A model generated the notes under the pieces. That model searched no databases. It was given only the letters and a program-made list of their open reading frames with translations, and was not told where the DNA came from. A program made the position numbers and the translations under genes. Source: the human T2T-CHM13v2.0 reference genome, Homo sapiens. Taken from it: 64,000 bases of DNA. The stretch lies in assembly GCF_009914755.1 (NCBI RefSeq), contig NC_060939.1; one strand, given 5' to 3'. Shown here piece after piece: positions 26,150 through 38,500 of the stretch (within the stretch, counting starts at the first letter, position 1; the number at the start of each line of letters is the position of its first letter).

Positions 26150-26218
26150 TACATACATACACACATACATATATACATATACACATAAATACATACATGC
26201 ATGCATACATATACACAT
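26150..26218. repeat. (TACA/TA/CA)n low-complexity tract
   Basis: acatacatacacacatacatatatacatatacacata... Confidence 0.9.
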
Positions 26219-26655
26219 GGCATATTAATAGAGAAAAAATTACAGTCTTCCCCCTGACCATGCTAGCATTTTTATTACTTGGAACCCCAACATCAAGTAA
26301 AGCCAGTCTCTTGGTCCCACTGGTGGTTTTATAAAGGCAAAGCAACCACTTCAGGGCTCCAGACCCATAGACTGAAATTTTCTACTTTGCTCTAATACGC
26401 CTAATGTCAGCTTTCTTCTGTGCAAACAGGTCTACAGCAAATGGGTTGGGAAGCTCACCATCTATATCATGTGTAATAAATTATACTTTGCTGAAATGTT
26501 GCCTTGCTAAAATATGCTAAGAAAGCTGTGAACAATATTTACAAATAGTTCAGGTGTCACAACAAAACACCCACCACTCATGCATTCTTACATTTCGCTA
26601 TAATGAGCATGGTAATAGAGGATACCGCTCTTAAACATTAGAAAAGTATTCTTAC

Positions 26656-26830
26656 CGAGACATAATTGGGAGAAATTCTTTAAATTTATAGAAAAAATTC
26701 TTTTTTTCTTCCTTCTTGAAGAGTCTGCTCTCTCAACTGTCAAGACAGCAGCCTCAATTTCACTCGCTTCCAGCATCTCATCACACAGCAGGCTGTTAGT
26801 ACTTATTTTTATTTTGCTACATTGTTAATT
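26656..26830 (-). other. Candidate (alternative first) exon ending at a strong 5' splice site; upper boundary uncertain
   Basis: Minus strand ...CAATTATGTCTCG|gtaagaat; unique sequence; no clear upstream acceptor; TATAAT-like element at ~26862-26868. Confidence 0.35.
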
Positions 26831-29483
26831 TCTTGACAAAGCAAAAAACTTTGCTTACTGCTATTATATGCTACTGACATTTTAAAAAACTGATGCAAAC
26901 TAACAAACGCTGTATCATTTCAGGCAAGGAGAAAAGAGTTGCCTTCCATGGAAGCCAAACGACCTGATTGTGTTTCAACCTGGGAGGCACGTGGCAAGGC
27001 AGGGCAGGTGTTGCTACTTCCACTGGTCATTGAAAAAGGCTGGGTACAGGAGAGTCAAGCATGCCTAAAGGCCTATAATGAGTAAAGAGAAGGGCCTGTA
27101 TCATAACTGTTTGCCTGCCTCTAAAGCTCATATTATTTCAAGATGAGAAAAACATGAGAAGGAGTTTTCAAGGTAAAATGCAGCATACTGATGTGAGATG
27201 ATATTTGGGGAAAAAAAAAAGCAGAAACAATTTACCATAGAAGATGTGTCAAACATAAGATATTTGAATATCAGGCATTTTTACAGTGAAAGAGCTCTTC
27301 CTAGGGTATATCTAAGAGAGATCAGCAAAAAGTGCTACACTAAAGGAATATAAAAGTTTTCCAATTTAATTATTCTTGATTTTGTTCATAAATCAACACT
27401 GAATTTCGATATTGTGGTGCTCACAACATTTTGTAGTCCAGCAGCTTAGACTGTTTTTCTCTACAATAAGAATCAGTCCCATGTGATGTTAGTATTTTTT
27501 AATAAAAAATGATTTTCTCATAAACATGTAAAATCACTTTTTTCATCAAGAAATCAAATATTTTTAAAATAAAGCCTTTGGTTCACTTGAAGCTGCTTTC
27601 CTTTTTTTAAGAACAAAATCCTCTCTTCTTTGGTCTTGGGTCTGTTTTCTAAACTCCAACATTGGACGTTTTGTCACTTAATTAAATTAACCCTATATTC
27701 TCGTTCTAAAGGTAGTGCTGTGAAAGAAACTCTGAGTTTTTAATTCCCCCTCATGCAAGCACCATTCTCTCAGCTGCCTTTTTGGCAGCGTGAGTACAGA
27801 AAACAGAATCAGGTGAAAAATAAATGTGTTTACCTACCATCAAAACACCTTTCAAGTCCAATACACATTTTTGTTCTATTAATGCCAACACGAATATGCA
27901 GGCACTGTGGCAAGAGGTGCTTTAAAATACAGCTAGACAGACCGATTAAAACGCGCTGCTTTCTCTCTGCCAAATTCCTGCCTATGGGGAGCAATTAACT
28001 GTGCCTTCCACGCATTCAAATACTGAATAAGAAGTGAATCTTGTATCTCTGCCACTTAGACAAGTATAATTCCAATGGAAAGATTTATCAACAACTCACA
28101 GGCAGTTTGGGGTTTGGTTTTGTTTGTCAAACAGCACAAGCCCTCACGCTGCATCTGGACTCTGTTACAAAGTCACGCGGGGGACAGGAACCCCAGGAGA
28201 AGGGCGCTCATTTTGGCCGATGAACAAGCAAATAAACCCAAACATCAAGGAAGCAGCTTTGAGCAAATAAACTACTCTGTGCTAGACTGAACACACATAA
28301 CATTATCCAGGAATATAACCCAACAGCAGAAGAGCTACTTTATTGTGGCTTCTTTGCAGTTAGAGAAGTCAGTGTCAAATGTAATTGCAGAAGCCCATAA
28401 TTGAAATTTTTAAAATGTGAATTTATTCTACCGATACCATATGAAGTCACCAAAGGTTTCCTGTATGATGAAAAATCCCAGCATTTAAGGATATTTGAAC
28501 GCAATAACAGGATTACAAATTAGTCCAGAAAAAAAAAAAAAAAGAGATTCATGAAGATTTGGTGCTGACATTTTTATTTTTAGGTTTTAAATTTTTTTCT
28601 GCTCCATCAATTATTTCATATGTGTAGTTTTGTGATTGCTTGAGAGATAAATGGTTGACGGCTGTTATTACACTGCCCCAGTTCTGACATTTCCACCCCG
28701 ACTGCCTGGCTTCAATGATCTTTTGGGTATGACATTTTAGCTTTGGCCTTGGTCCCCATCAGCCTCTGAGGCAGAATCCAGGCAATGATCTTTCCGGGAC
28801 CTGACTAAATGCCTAGTTAACTACAAGGTTACTCACACTGGAGCAGGTCACAAGGAAACATTCAGGCCCCCAGATGTCTTTCTTCTTGTCTCAAACAAAG
28901 CAGATGTCTTAGATTTTGCAAGGCTGTGTGTAATCTACTTTGGCTTTGCAATTAAGAAACTATATATTTACCATGTCTTTGGACATTTTGTACTTGTTGT
29001 TTCAAGGGGAATATGTCTTTTAAGTGCATATAAGTCAAATATTTGAAACTTTGCAAGTAACAATGCTCCTTCATATGGATTTAGGATAAAATGTGGGAGG
29101 GAAAACTGTTTTTTAATATACTAATCAGTATATTCATATCATAACTATCTCAAGATTATTATGCATTGCATTTTTAATAAAAGGTAACTCCGTTAATGGT
29201 ACTGAAACCATTACTGAGTATTTCTATTTTGATATCTACTTTCAAGTCTTACAAGCAGATGAATTCACACTAGGCTGAGAACTGGCAGACAAATTAATAT
29301 GCCAGAGCTTTGTTCTTAATGAATTTCAATGTTTCTGTTTCAACATATAAAAACATTTTCACATGATCTTAAGAGGAAGATATTAAATTTCCTGGAAATA
29401 AAAAATAAACAATAAATAGATGAGTACTTTAATTGACATTAAGAATATCTGAATAAAACTCAATAGTTTCATAGGCTTTATGT

Positions 29484-29521
29484 ATACACACGCACACACA
29501 CACACGCTCACACACACACAC
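29484..29521. repeat. Imperfect (CA)n
   Basis: atacacacgcacacacacacacgctcacacacacacac. Confidence 0.9.
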
Positions 29522-32500
29522 GAAACAAAGGTAAATATGAGTATCAAATTTTAAAAGCTGTTCCATCAATTCAAGTAATTTGGCACATATCTTCACAGAA
29601 TCTATCCAAAACCCACTCGGAAGTTTTTCTAAGTATGTTTTTTTCATGTCATTCTTTATTGGTCCCAAACATCACTGCCTAGCTGGTAAGTAACCACTAT
29701 CTCTAAAGCATTATAAATATTCATTTTTAGACAATAAAGTCTTTTAAAATCCTCTCAAAAAATTTCAGGCTATTGCAAATGGATAAATCACTGCACACCT
29801 AAGTCCGTATTTGCATGGCTAAATTATATATTGTAACTATGGAGTCTTTTACTTCTATTATACCAAGGCGCACACTGGTATGTTTCCATGAATCTTTCCT
29901 TTAGCGGCTGCAGCATTATCATAATAAAGTCAAATATCCCATATTCTACGATAGGTGCTCCATTTTCACCTGAAAGGGACTCAGGCAAAAAAAGCAAAAT
30001 GTACCAGCCCCAGAGTCTGAATTCCTTTGATATTGGCTGCTTATATCATCTTCTTTGTAGTAACTGAATTGCTCTTTTTCTGTGCATTAATTTTAGCAGA
30101 TTTTTTCTTATTTGTATAAAGGCAAAATTTAAAGCACTTTTGAAATAAACAAAATATATTATGTTACCATCTCATTTTAGCTTTGTTTCTCTTTTTTTCT
30201 GTAAAAGTGCACAGAAGTACTATGAAGCTTTTTCAAGACTATAAGTTATGGGATAAAGTTTTAATAAAGAGAAGTGATGCCACCCTGATGTGTCAGCCAC
30301 ACTGGCTACAGTCATTCTTCTTTAAACTTAAAACACTGCCTAAAATGCAAGCTTATTAGAAGTTAAGACTTCAGCCAGATTTTGTGAATTCATGTTTATT
30401 TATGAGATTTGCTTTTTGGGGTGGGGTTATCTTTAATTTGATGTAATCACTAAAAACATCAACTGGGGGTTTTGGTTGTCTCCATAAATGTCTAACATCA
30501 CAATAGGCTGTTGGCAGAAACAAGATCTCCACCTAAAGAAAACTTCATTTGTATAAAATTTAAGTGTCTAAAATACAAAATAATCCACAGAACATAGTTG
30601 TTCTTTAATATACTATATCTAAATTTTTGTTAAATTAATGGTAGGAAAGCTTTTTATTCTTTTGTTTTTGTATGTATTACCTTTTTTTGTTTGTTTGTTT
30701 GTTTTTTGGTTTTGTTTTTACAAAAAGTAAATGCATGAAGAGGAATTTTGTGTTTTGCATGACTGCAAACCTGATTTTTACTTCTGGTGCTCTAAGAAAT
30801 CAAAGGCTATTTAGAGTAACATAAAGAATAAAAATGTAATCAGTGGAATAAAGTATTTCTGTGAAGTCTGACAAAGTAGAAATTTGAATTGCAGCCCCAA
30901 ATATTTAAATAAGCTATTACAAAAGGAGTGCTAGAAACCATTATATTGTGTGATTTCTTTTGAATAATGGAAATGCTCTCTATCAGGTATTTTTGTTTAA
31001 ATGGAATAAATGTTTGAGAGAGATGGTATTCAGTCATTGTAACCTTCCATGCCACAAGTATTAGAACTGTTATAACTTCATCTTTTGAAAAGGGGACATA
31101 CACTAAAAAGAAATTCACAGAGTTATGAAAAGAAGTGCAATTTAAGCCTATCCTCCATCTCCATCATTTGCAGATAGATCATTTCTCCAAAAGGACACTG
31201 ATGAAGACTTTCAAGCATCCTTTCCCTGAGAATTCTCCTGTCAAAGCTAAACAACATTATAGCACTCTTTGGATAATACATCTCCTCCAATTCCAAATGC
31301 CATGGTTTGACAGTGCTCTCAGAAGTTCTTAAAGAAATTAAAGATAGACTTCCTATAAATAGATTGCCAATGCCTTTATATTAATTGAATTTGCCATCTC
31401 CCAAAGATTCTTTGGTGTGGCTAGCTGAAAGGTAATACAATTTGACCATTATCCACTTAAAGCAATTGAAATAAAATCTGTGTTGCATAGAATTAAAATC
31501 ATATTTGGTGGCAATATTCATCAATAAGGATCATACCTAATCATACTGGAATGCTCTGAATTTCCCATGTGTAAATAACATTTCCAACTAGAGGCTGGAG
31601 GCTGGAGAAGACATTTTGGGTATTTCTCTGTTGTAGTCTGTATTACCATGGTAGCAGAAGGAGCACCAGACGGAGAGTTAGAGGACTGGGTAGAAGTCCT
31701 GGCATGACCACCATGTGTGTCCAGATGAATCCTGTCCTGTCTATGGACCTGAGTCGCTATTGATCTAAAATGTGACCAGATGATCTAGAAACCTCTCTCC
31801 TCCTCTGCAATGGTATGCCTCATCTGAGTAAACACGAACAGGAAGACAATGTGAGATGTTGCTGAGAGAATGTTATTACACCTTGGGTCTTCAGAAATCG
31901 GGTTTTTCCCAAAGTTACTGTGTCTCAGCCAGAGCCCCGCAGCATTTTGCTATCATATAAAAGACTAAATATGGAAAATGCTTGTCTGCTAAAGTGAATA
32001 GGAAAATGCAAAAATTTTTAAGTCATTTAAATATTTAACCAGAGCATAACAATTTATAATTTATAATTTATTATATTTTAAATAACTTTCAGAAAGAAAT
32101 TCTGCACAGTTGCTCAGATTGCTTGAGAGTGAAGATTGCCCTCAAGAAAACAAAGCACAACAAAAAAAGTCTTTTGTTGTTGTTATTATTGCTGCTATCC
32201 TAGCATTTTAGGTCTAAAATAAATTCTCCTCCAATTAATATTGACAGGCCTCCTTTCTGAAGATCATAGTTCTGATACAAATAACTTTTCCATGGGTGTT
32301 TTTTATTTGGCTCTGTGGTGGTAAAATGCTAGCTACTGTTTACAGAGAATTTATGTGAACATTCCTGGGATATGAATTATCAGAGAGAAGCAGTGAATGC
32401 ATTATATGAGAGAAGTATTAAATTCCTCTTCTCACTTGCTAAAGAAATACCTGATTTCTGGTAACTTATTCTCTATTCTCTATACCTGAGAAACCCGAGT

Positions 32501-35500
32501 GTGAGAATGAAAACAGCCCCCCGACCCTGTTCACGAAAGGATCACTGTGGCCACAATGTCAGTGCACAGTCTTGACTTCACCCCCATCCCCCGGTCTGTT
32601 CCACTTTTCCTTTTTCGTTCTCCAGTTATTGCCATGAACCAGAAACTTCCCACAGCATCTCACGGTGTTTTCTTGAAAATAACAATGCTATTAGAACACA
32701 ACAAATACATAAACAAATCAATGACAGCAAAATGACAGAGTTTTGAATCATCGTGTCTAGGTGGCAGAAAAATTTCTCCTCATCCTCAAAAATATATAAA
32801 ACTATTGGAAGTTTGCAGGAAATTTTTTCAATTATGTTCTTTAAAACTCTTCTCTTCAAGTAAAATTCTCTCTTAACAATGAAATTTATGAGAGATACTC
32901 ACACATTTAGAGTAGACGAATGTGAAACTGGTAGGTCTTCATCATAGTTTGTCTTTACATCTGTGCATGTTTACATCTCATACCTAAATACCGATTTAAA
33001 TTTTTTAACAAACATAACACTTAAATTCCATTTATTATTTCTTGTAAATCTCAATATATAAACCAAATATAAGATGCACCCAGTTTATCTCTCATTTCTC
33101 TAATTACATATGCAATGGTGCCTATTTACCAGGCAGTGCCTGCTTGATCCGAACTTTCCAGTGGATTTTAGATGACTCTGTCAGTTACACAACCAGGTTA
33201 GTTCAAAGACAGCGAAAAGCACTTGCATCCAAATGAAATCTATATTTGGTAATTCTTAAAATATCATTTTTCCATGGCTTTGTAGGGCATATTGCTTACT
33301 CAGATAATGTGCATGCCTTTCCAGTGAGGCAGTTTTTTGAAATGTGATCTTGGGTCACTTTATGTTAAACTTACTTACTCCACACATAGGATGAGTAATG
33401 CCAGATAAAGTACTGTCATTAAAAGCATTTTTATTAAGGGGCTAGTAGAGAAAACCTTTAAGCAATGTTATCAAGCTCTTTGTTGAACCAGGTGGGACAT
33501 CTATATGAATAGGATCTCTTCAGACCTAGACCTCAGCCACAGCACACCTGGCCTATGTTTGGAAAAGAAAGTCTCTCTTGTTTGGCTACATAGTCGGTTA
33601 CAAAGAGCCAAGACAACTTTAATTTATCCGTTAAGAATGGAGGCCCATATTTAAGAGTCATCAGCAATAAAGGAAAATACACTGGATCATTTCAAGTGCA
33701 TGCTAATCATTTAATGTAATAAATGGAGCAACTCTAATTATCTCCTGAGGAAATGATTTCACACTAAAACAATGGGAATGAAGAGGTTACTTCAGGAGCA
33801 TAATACCCAGCTGAAAGTTACTCATGTGAATCTGGAGATTTCTCTTGCATTTCAGGGGGGAGGGACTTTTTCCCCCACAGCCCTAATTCAGTTGCCTCCT
33901 TAACGGGGTTAAAGATATTTAGCACTGACCCTGCCGTGTGCTTGTTTTGTAACCCCAAGCAAAGCTCTCACCAAGCTCAAGATCGGTGTCCTTCCTGACT
34001 GCTTTGAAAGCTGCTCCCTAATAAGAGGGTATCTGACTTCAATGCAGCAAAACAAATAAATTAGTCTAGAGATCACTGTAACCTCCTCACTTCCTATTCC
34101 TTGCCTCCCCCAAAATGATCAATCTGCCACCTACGCTAGCCATTGCAAAAGAATTTCCAGTGAAATGCTTGAAATAATTTTTTAAATGTTTCAATCTGTC
34201 GTGACCAATATTTTTAAAAATTTTAAGTGTAGTTTTTTAAAGCTATTTTTGTTTACTTGTTGGCATCACAAAATTAAGGTTAAGAAATATAATGGAGGAT
34301 TTGGGGAAGAATAAAATGTTTTAATGATTTGGTTGCTTCTCTTGCAAAAGACAGATTTCACCATAAGCTTAAAATGGTTTGCTAAATTCTATATTTCTGT
34401 TGCCTCATTGTTCTGTTTCTTTTGATGAAACACATAAAATGAACACTGTCTGTTTAGGCATTTTAAAAAACATATTCACATTAAATAGAATAACTACAGT
34501 GGATGGGTACACAACCCTGAAAACTAGGTAGCAGAATGATTTTGACTTTTTCAAATCCTTCAAGTAAATCCAAATCTAAACAAACAGACAGACAATATAG
34601 ACTTGATTTTTGAACAGTTCTTCCCCCAATTTCTCATTGCTCTGGTTTTGGGAATAAGGAACACATTAGAAAAACCTTTCTCTTCAGAAATAACAAAGAA
34701 TCAGGAAATTGTGTCTGTTTAACTTCTACATATAAGCTAAGACATTCTAAGTACATATTTTTCATTATGAAAATAATAAATGTAAATAAATTCATAACTC
34801 TGTTTCTGTTTTGGTCATATTCAAAGGTATGTTGAATAAGGAATCAAATCCTCTTTAGATTGAAATTGATAAACACATTAGAGAACATGAAAAAATTACA
34901 TAAAATAGAAAACAACCCAATGCAAGACTGATTAATTCTCCAATTAGTGTAAAAACCATAAGCGGAAATCACAATTTTGAGGGAGAAGATTTGCATTTAT
35001 TTAAAGCCCACATCCATATTTTATAAAAGGGAATGCTTTGACTTTCTTTTTACCTTAGTATCCCTGCTGTCTGTGTACATGAAAACAGCCAATATCAGAC
35101 ATGAAGTTAATTGGAATCAACTGCGCCCATCTTTACAGGAACACACCGGAATGTGTACCATTCAGGCTCAGCTTACCATAATATTCTCTACGGAATAGTT
35201 GACCACAGGATTCTCATTCACAAACAGCCAGGTTAAACAGTTAAATGCTAGCAAATCCTGCATAGCCCTGTGGGAAATTTCACTTTAATCCCGAACTTAT
35301 AAGAGGACAATCAAAGCCCAAAGCCTGGGTAACAAATCTGATCCTCTGTTGCAATCTGTGTCCTCATGGGAAGGAGAGAGGTGCTCTCCGTACAAGCCCT
35401 AGATGGATAAATACCTAAATGATGAGATAGATGGGGAATGCAGAAGAGGCGTCTGGCCTTAGCCATTCGCTTCCAATTCCATATTACACTGTGAGAGGCA

Positions 35501-38500
35501 ATTCTTGTGCAGCTCAGGAGCAGCCAGTCCTGATTACTAGAAGTTGAAGTGTGGCTTAAGGAATGATTAATGACAGTGTCGGGAGGAAAACAAAGCACAA
35601 TGAGAGTTATCTCTAATCCACCTGCTTGCAGATGCTATAGTAAGGGAATGAAAATGGCCCCGGTGAGCCCTGATGATAAAAAAATCAAACGAGAAAGGTG
35701 CAAAGCTGTAGATATGTATTAATCTGATATATAAAAACTAGGTCTTACTTGAATAAAGCATTAGGCATGAATGGAGCCCCATAGGTGATAGATACTAGGC
35801 CATAGTGGACTTCACATTGTCTGTATTTTTTAAATCAAACAGAACTGTTCCCTTCAGTATTGCCTTTGACATTAATAGGTTGGTATTTGAAAAGTCACAG
35901 TTCACTAGATGAGCAGGCTTGTGAGTGCAAGCTCATTAAACAAACCCCCTTTTCTTGTTGTTCTTAAAAAATACGATGACACCATACCACCACCTTGTGG
36001 TTTTGCTGTGCACGTACACACTACCCCCGGAGACGTCTAAAATTCAATCACATTTTCCAAACGTAGAAATCCAGGTGGAATGTAATTATAAGATCGATGG
36101 TGTACTTTATAAGCAAGTATGTTTATGAGTGGCTTTCACCTAAGACAACACAATGCCAATAAGATCATTGAAGTTTCATAATGTATTTTTGGATGCAATA
36201 TGAGGTCTCAGCCTGGTCATTCCAATTATCTATTTTAATTTCAGGCCACCAATGCAACGAGATCAGAAGACATCAAATATCCATCTATGTGAAGAGAATG
36301 AACAAAAGTGTTTCACACACCTGTTCCCTGGCAAGTAGTCACTGACTTCCAATATCCAACAAAGCTAAGTAACAACACTTTGAGCTTTTCATAATTTTTC
36401 TATGTGTGGAAAAGATTGTGAAGCAGTGAAATGTGTATGTGCTTTCTTCTAAAACAAAGAACATTTTACTCATGTCTCCACATCTATAGACAGAACTCTA
36501 AGCACTTTTAAGAGCTAAATTTTTATGTTTGGGCATTTTGTTGATTTGTTGACTCGCTACGCATTTGCCTTTTGATATGATCTTGATTCGATGGAAGCAA
36601 TAGCATTCCATAATTTCACCTGGTTAGCAATCATTCCTGCTAGGAGGTAGTGATGGACAATGATGCAGGCAGCCTCAGGATATTCACTTATTCCCAGGTT
36701 TGGGAAAGCTGCTTCTGCTTTTGTCCACAGTGCTAAGTGCCTATTGCATTCTCTCCCCTTTAATCTAGCTAGCAACAAGTTAGATGTTAATTCATATTTC
36801 ATGCAAGATTTTTAATACTGAAAGTCTAATGAAGATTTAGCGTTCCGTTTTTAACAAGGCTGATGTTACTGTTGAAAGAAAGCACATACATTATTTTAAT
36901 TAATATCAATTCATAAGTGCTCTTGATTTATATATTAAACAAAGAGAGAAAGTGTCTTGTCATACATGACAATTGATTCTGTATTCACCCATCATTTACT
37001 CAGAGCCCATTTCCCCCCTTCTTGCGTGGGAAATGCATGATGGAAGCTGCCATGTAGAATTGTGTGTCTCTCACATGCTGTTAATGCTGTGCTGTGATCA
37101 CCTCACCCCTTATTTCCTTATGACGAGCTTCAAGTCAGTTCCAGCCAACTGTGCTAGTCTCCACCTGACATCTTCTCCTATCAAATAAGCAGCCTCTATT
37201 GTTTTAAGCTTAATGCCTTTGTGTATGGCACAGCCTTCCAATAATCGCAGAGGGCCTGACAACTCATGTGTTATAAAGGCATAATGTTAGGCCAAAGGAG
37301 GTAATTAATAATAGCAGTTTAATGCAGCTGGGAGCAAGAATTGCCTTACAAACCAAAACATCTTCAGCCATTTAGCCAAGTACAGAATTAGCAAGATGGC
37401 AAGGACCTGAATGGAGAAACAAATGCCCTGCCTTATGTGTTATGACACAGTAGGCAGTTAAGAAAATTCCAGAATTTTAGAAGATGCTCTGATCACACCA
37501 GACCATTATTAAATTGAATATTAGCTATTAATTAAGTTCTGGGGAATTTTCTTCTTTCTCCATTTCATTCTTTCAGTGGCAGCAAATTGTCTTCTTTTGA
37601 AGTCAATGCCATGATTTCCTCATGTGAAACCTCTACACCAAAGGAGGCAGTGTTCTGGTCCTGCTTCCCTACCTCTCTCCTCACGCCCACCCCCACATAC
37701 ATACACGCTGTCAAGTAACTTATGTCAATTTCCAACAACAGCAAAAAAGTAGACACTAGAGCACTTCACATTCTGTGCTTTAAATAAAAAATTTTTTCTC
37801 TGAGATTTGTTGCTACATTCCTACCCCAGAAAGACCCTAGAGATACAGGCAGAGCCCAGAAAGATCCTGTGAGTGGGCCAGTGGGAAGGGGAGGAGCTGC
37901 AGTACTTATGTAGAATGTTTTTAAGCCAAAGAAAGGATTTTATTTCTTCTTAATTGTTAGGCTGTGTACAAGTTAGTAATTATTTTGTCGTCCTCCAGTA
38001 CCATGACAAACACACACACACATACACAACACACACACAGGCACACTTAATGCTTCATGCTGGAATCACTCCAACCAATAATGCTGACTGGCCACTATTT
38101 GTGGGGAGAAAACATTCCAAAGCCCCAAGTCAAGATATTAATCCCACCCTATTTTTAAGAGAAAAATAAATCATTTGCCAAGAGCAAGACAATTGAGACC
38201 ATGAGAGAGGACCTGACCTGGAAAGCCAGCCAGATTCCTCTCCAGTCTAACCCAGTCTCTTCATTCCATCGGTTTAAATCTAAAGGTATATTTGTCTTTC
38301 AGACTGTCTTTCTGGACTATATGGAGGCTCCATCCCCAGCAGTGGATGTGGCTTCCTCCTCCAACCTCCTGAGAAGTAGAAATGGCATGAGTGTTTTATG
38401 CACACTTTAATACTCTGCAGGGTCAGCTCGGACTTGGAAAGATGCTTCGGAAATCAACATGCGAAGGAACACTCCACGCCAATAGGAATGAGAGTTACAT

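Noticed and set aside
26899-27010. Plus-strand branch point (actaac) plus acceptor catttcag
   Set aside because: Weak pyrimidine tract and no good downstream donor
33856-33878. NF-kB-like gggactttttcc
   Set aside because: Spacing does not fit GGGRNNYYCC
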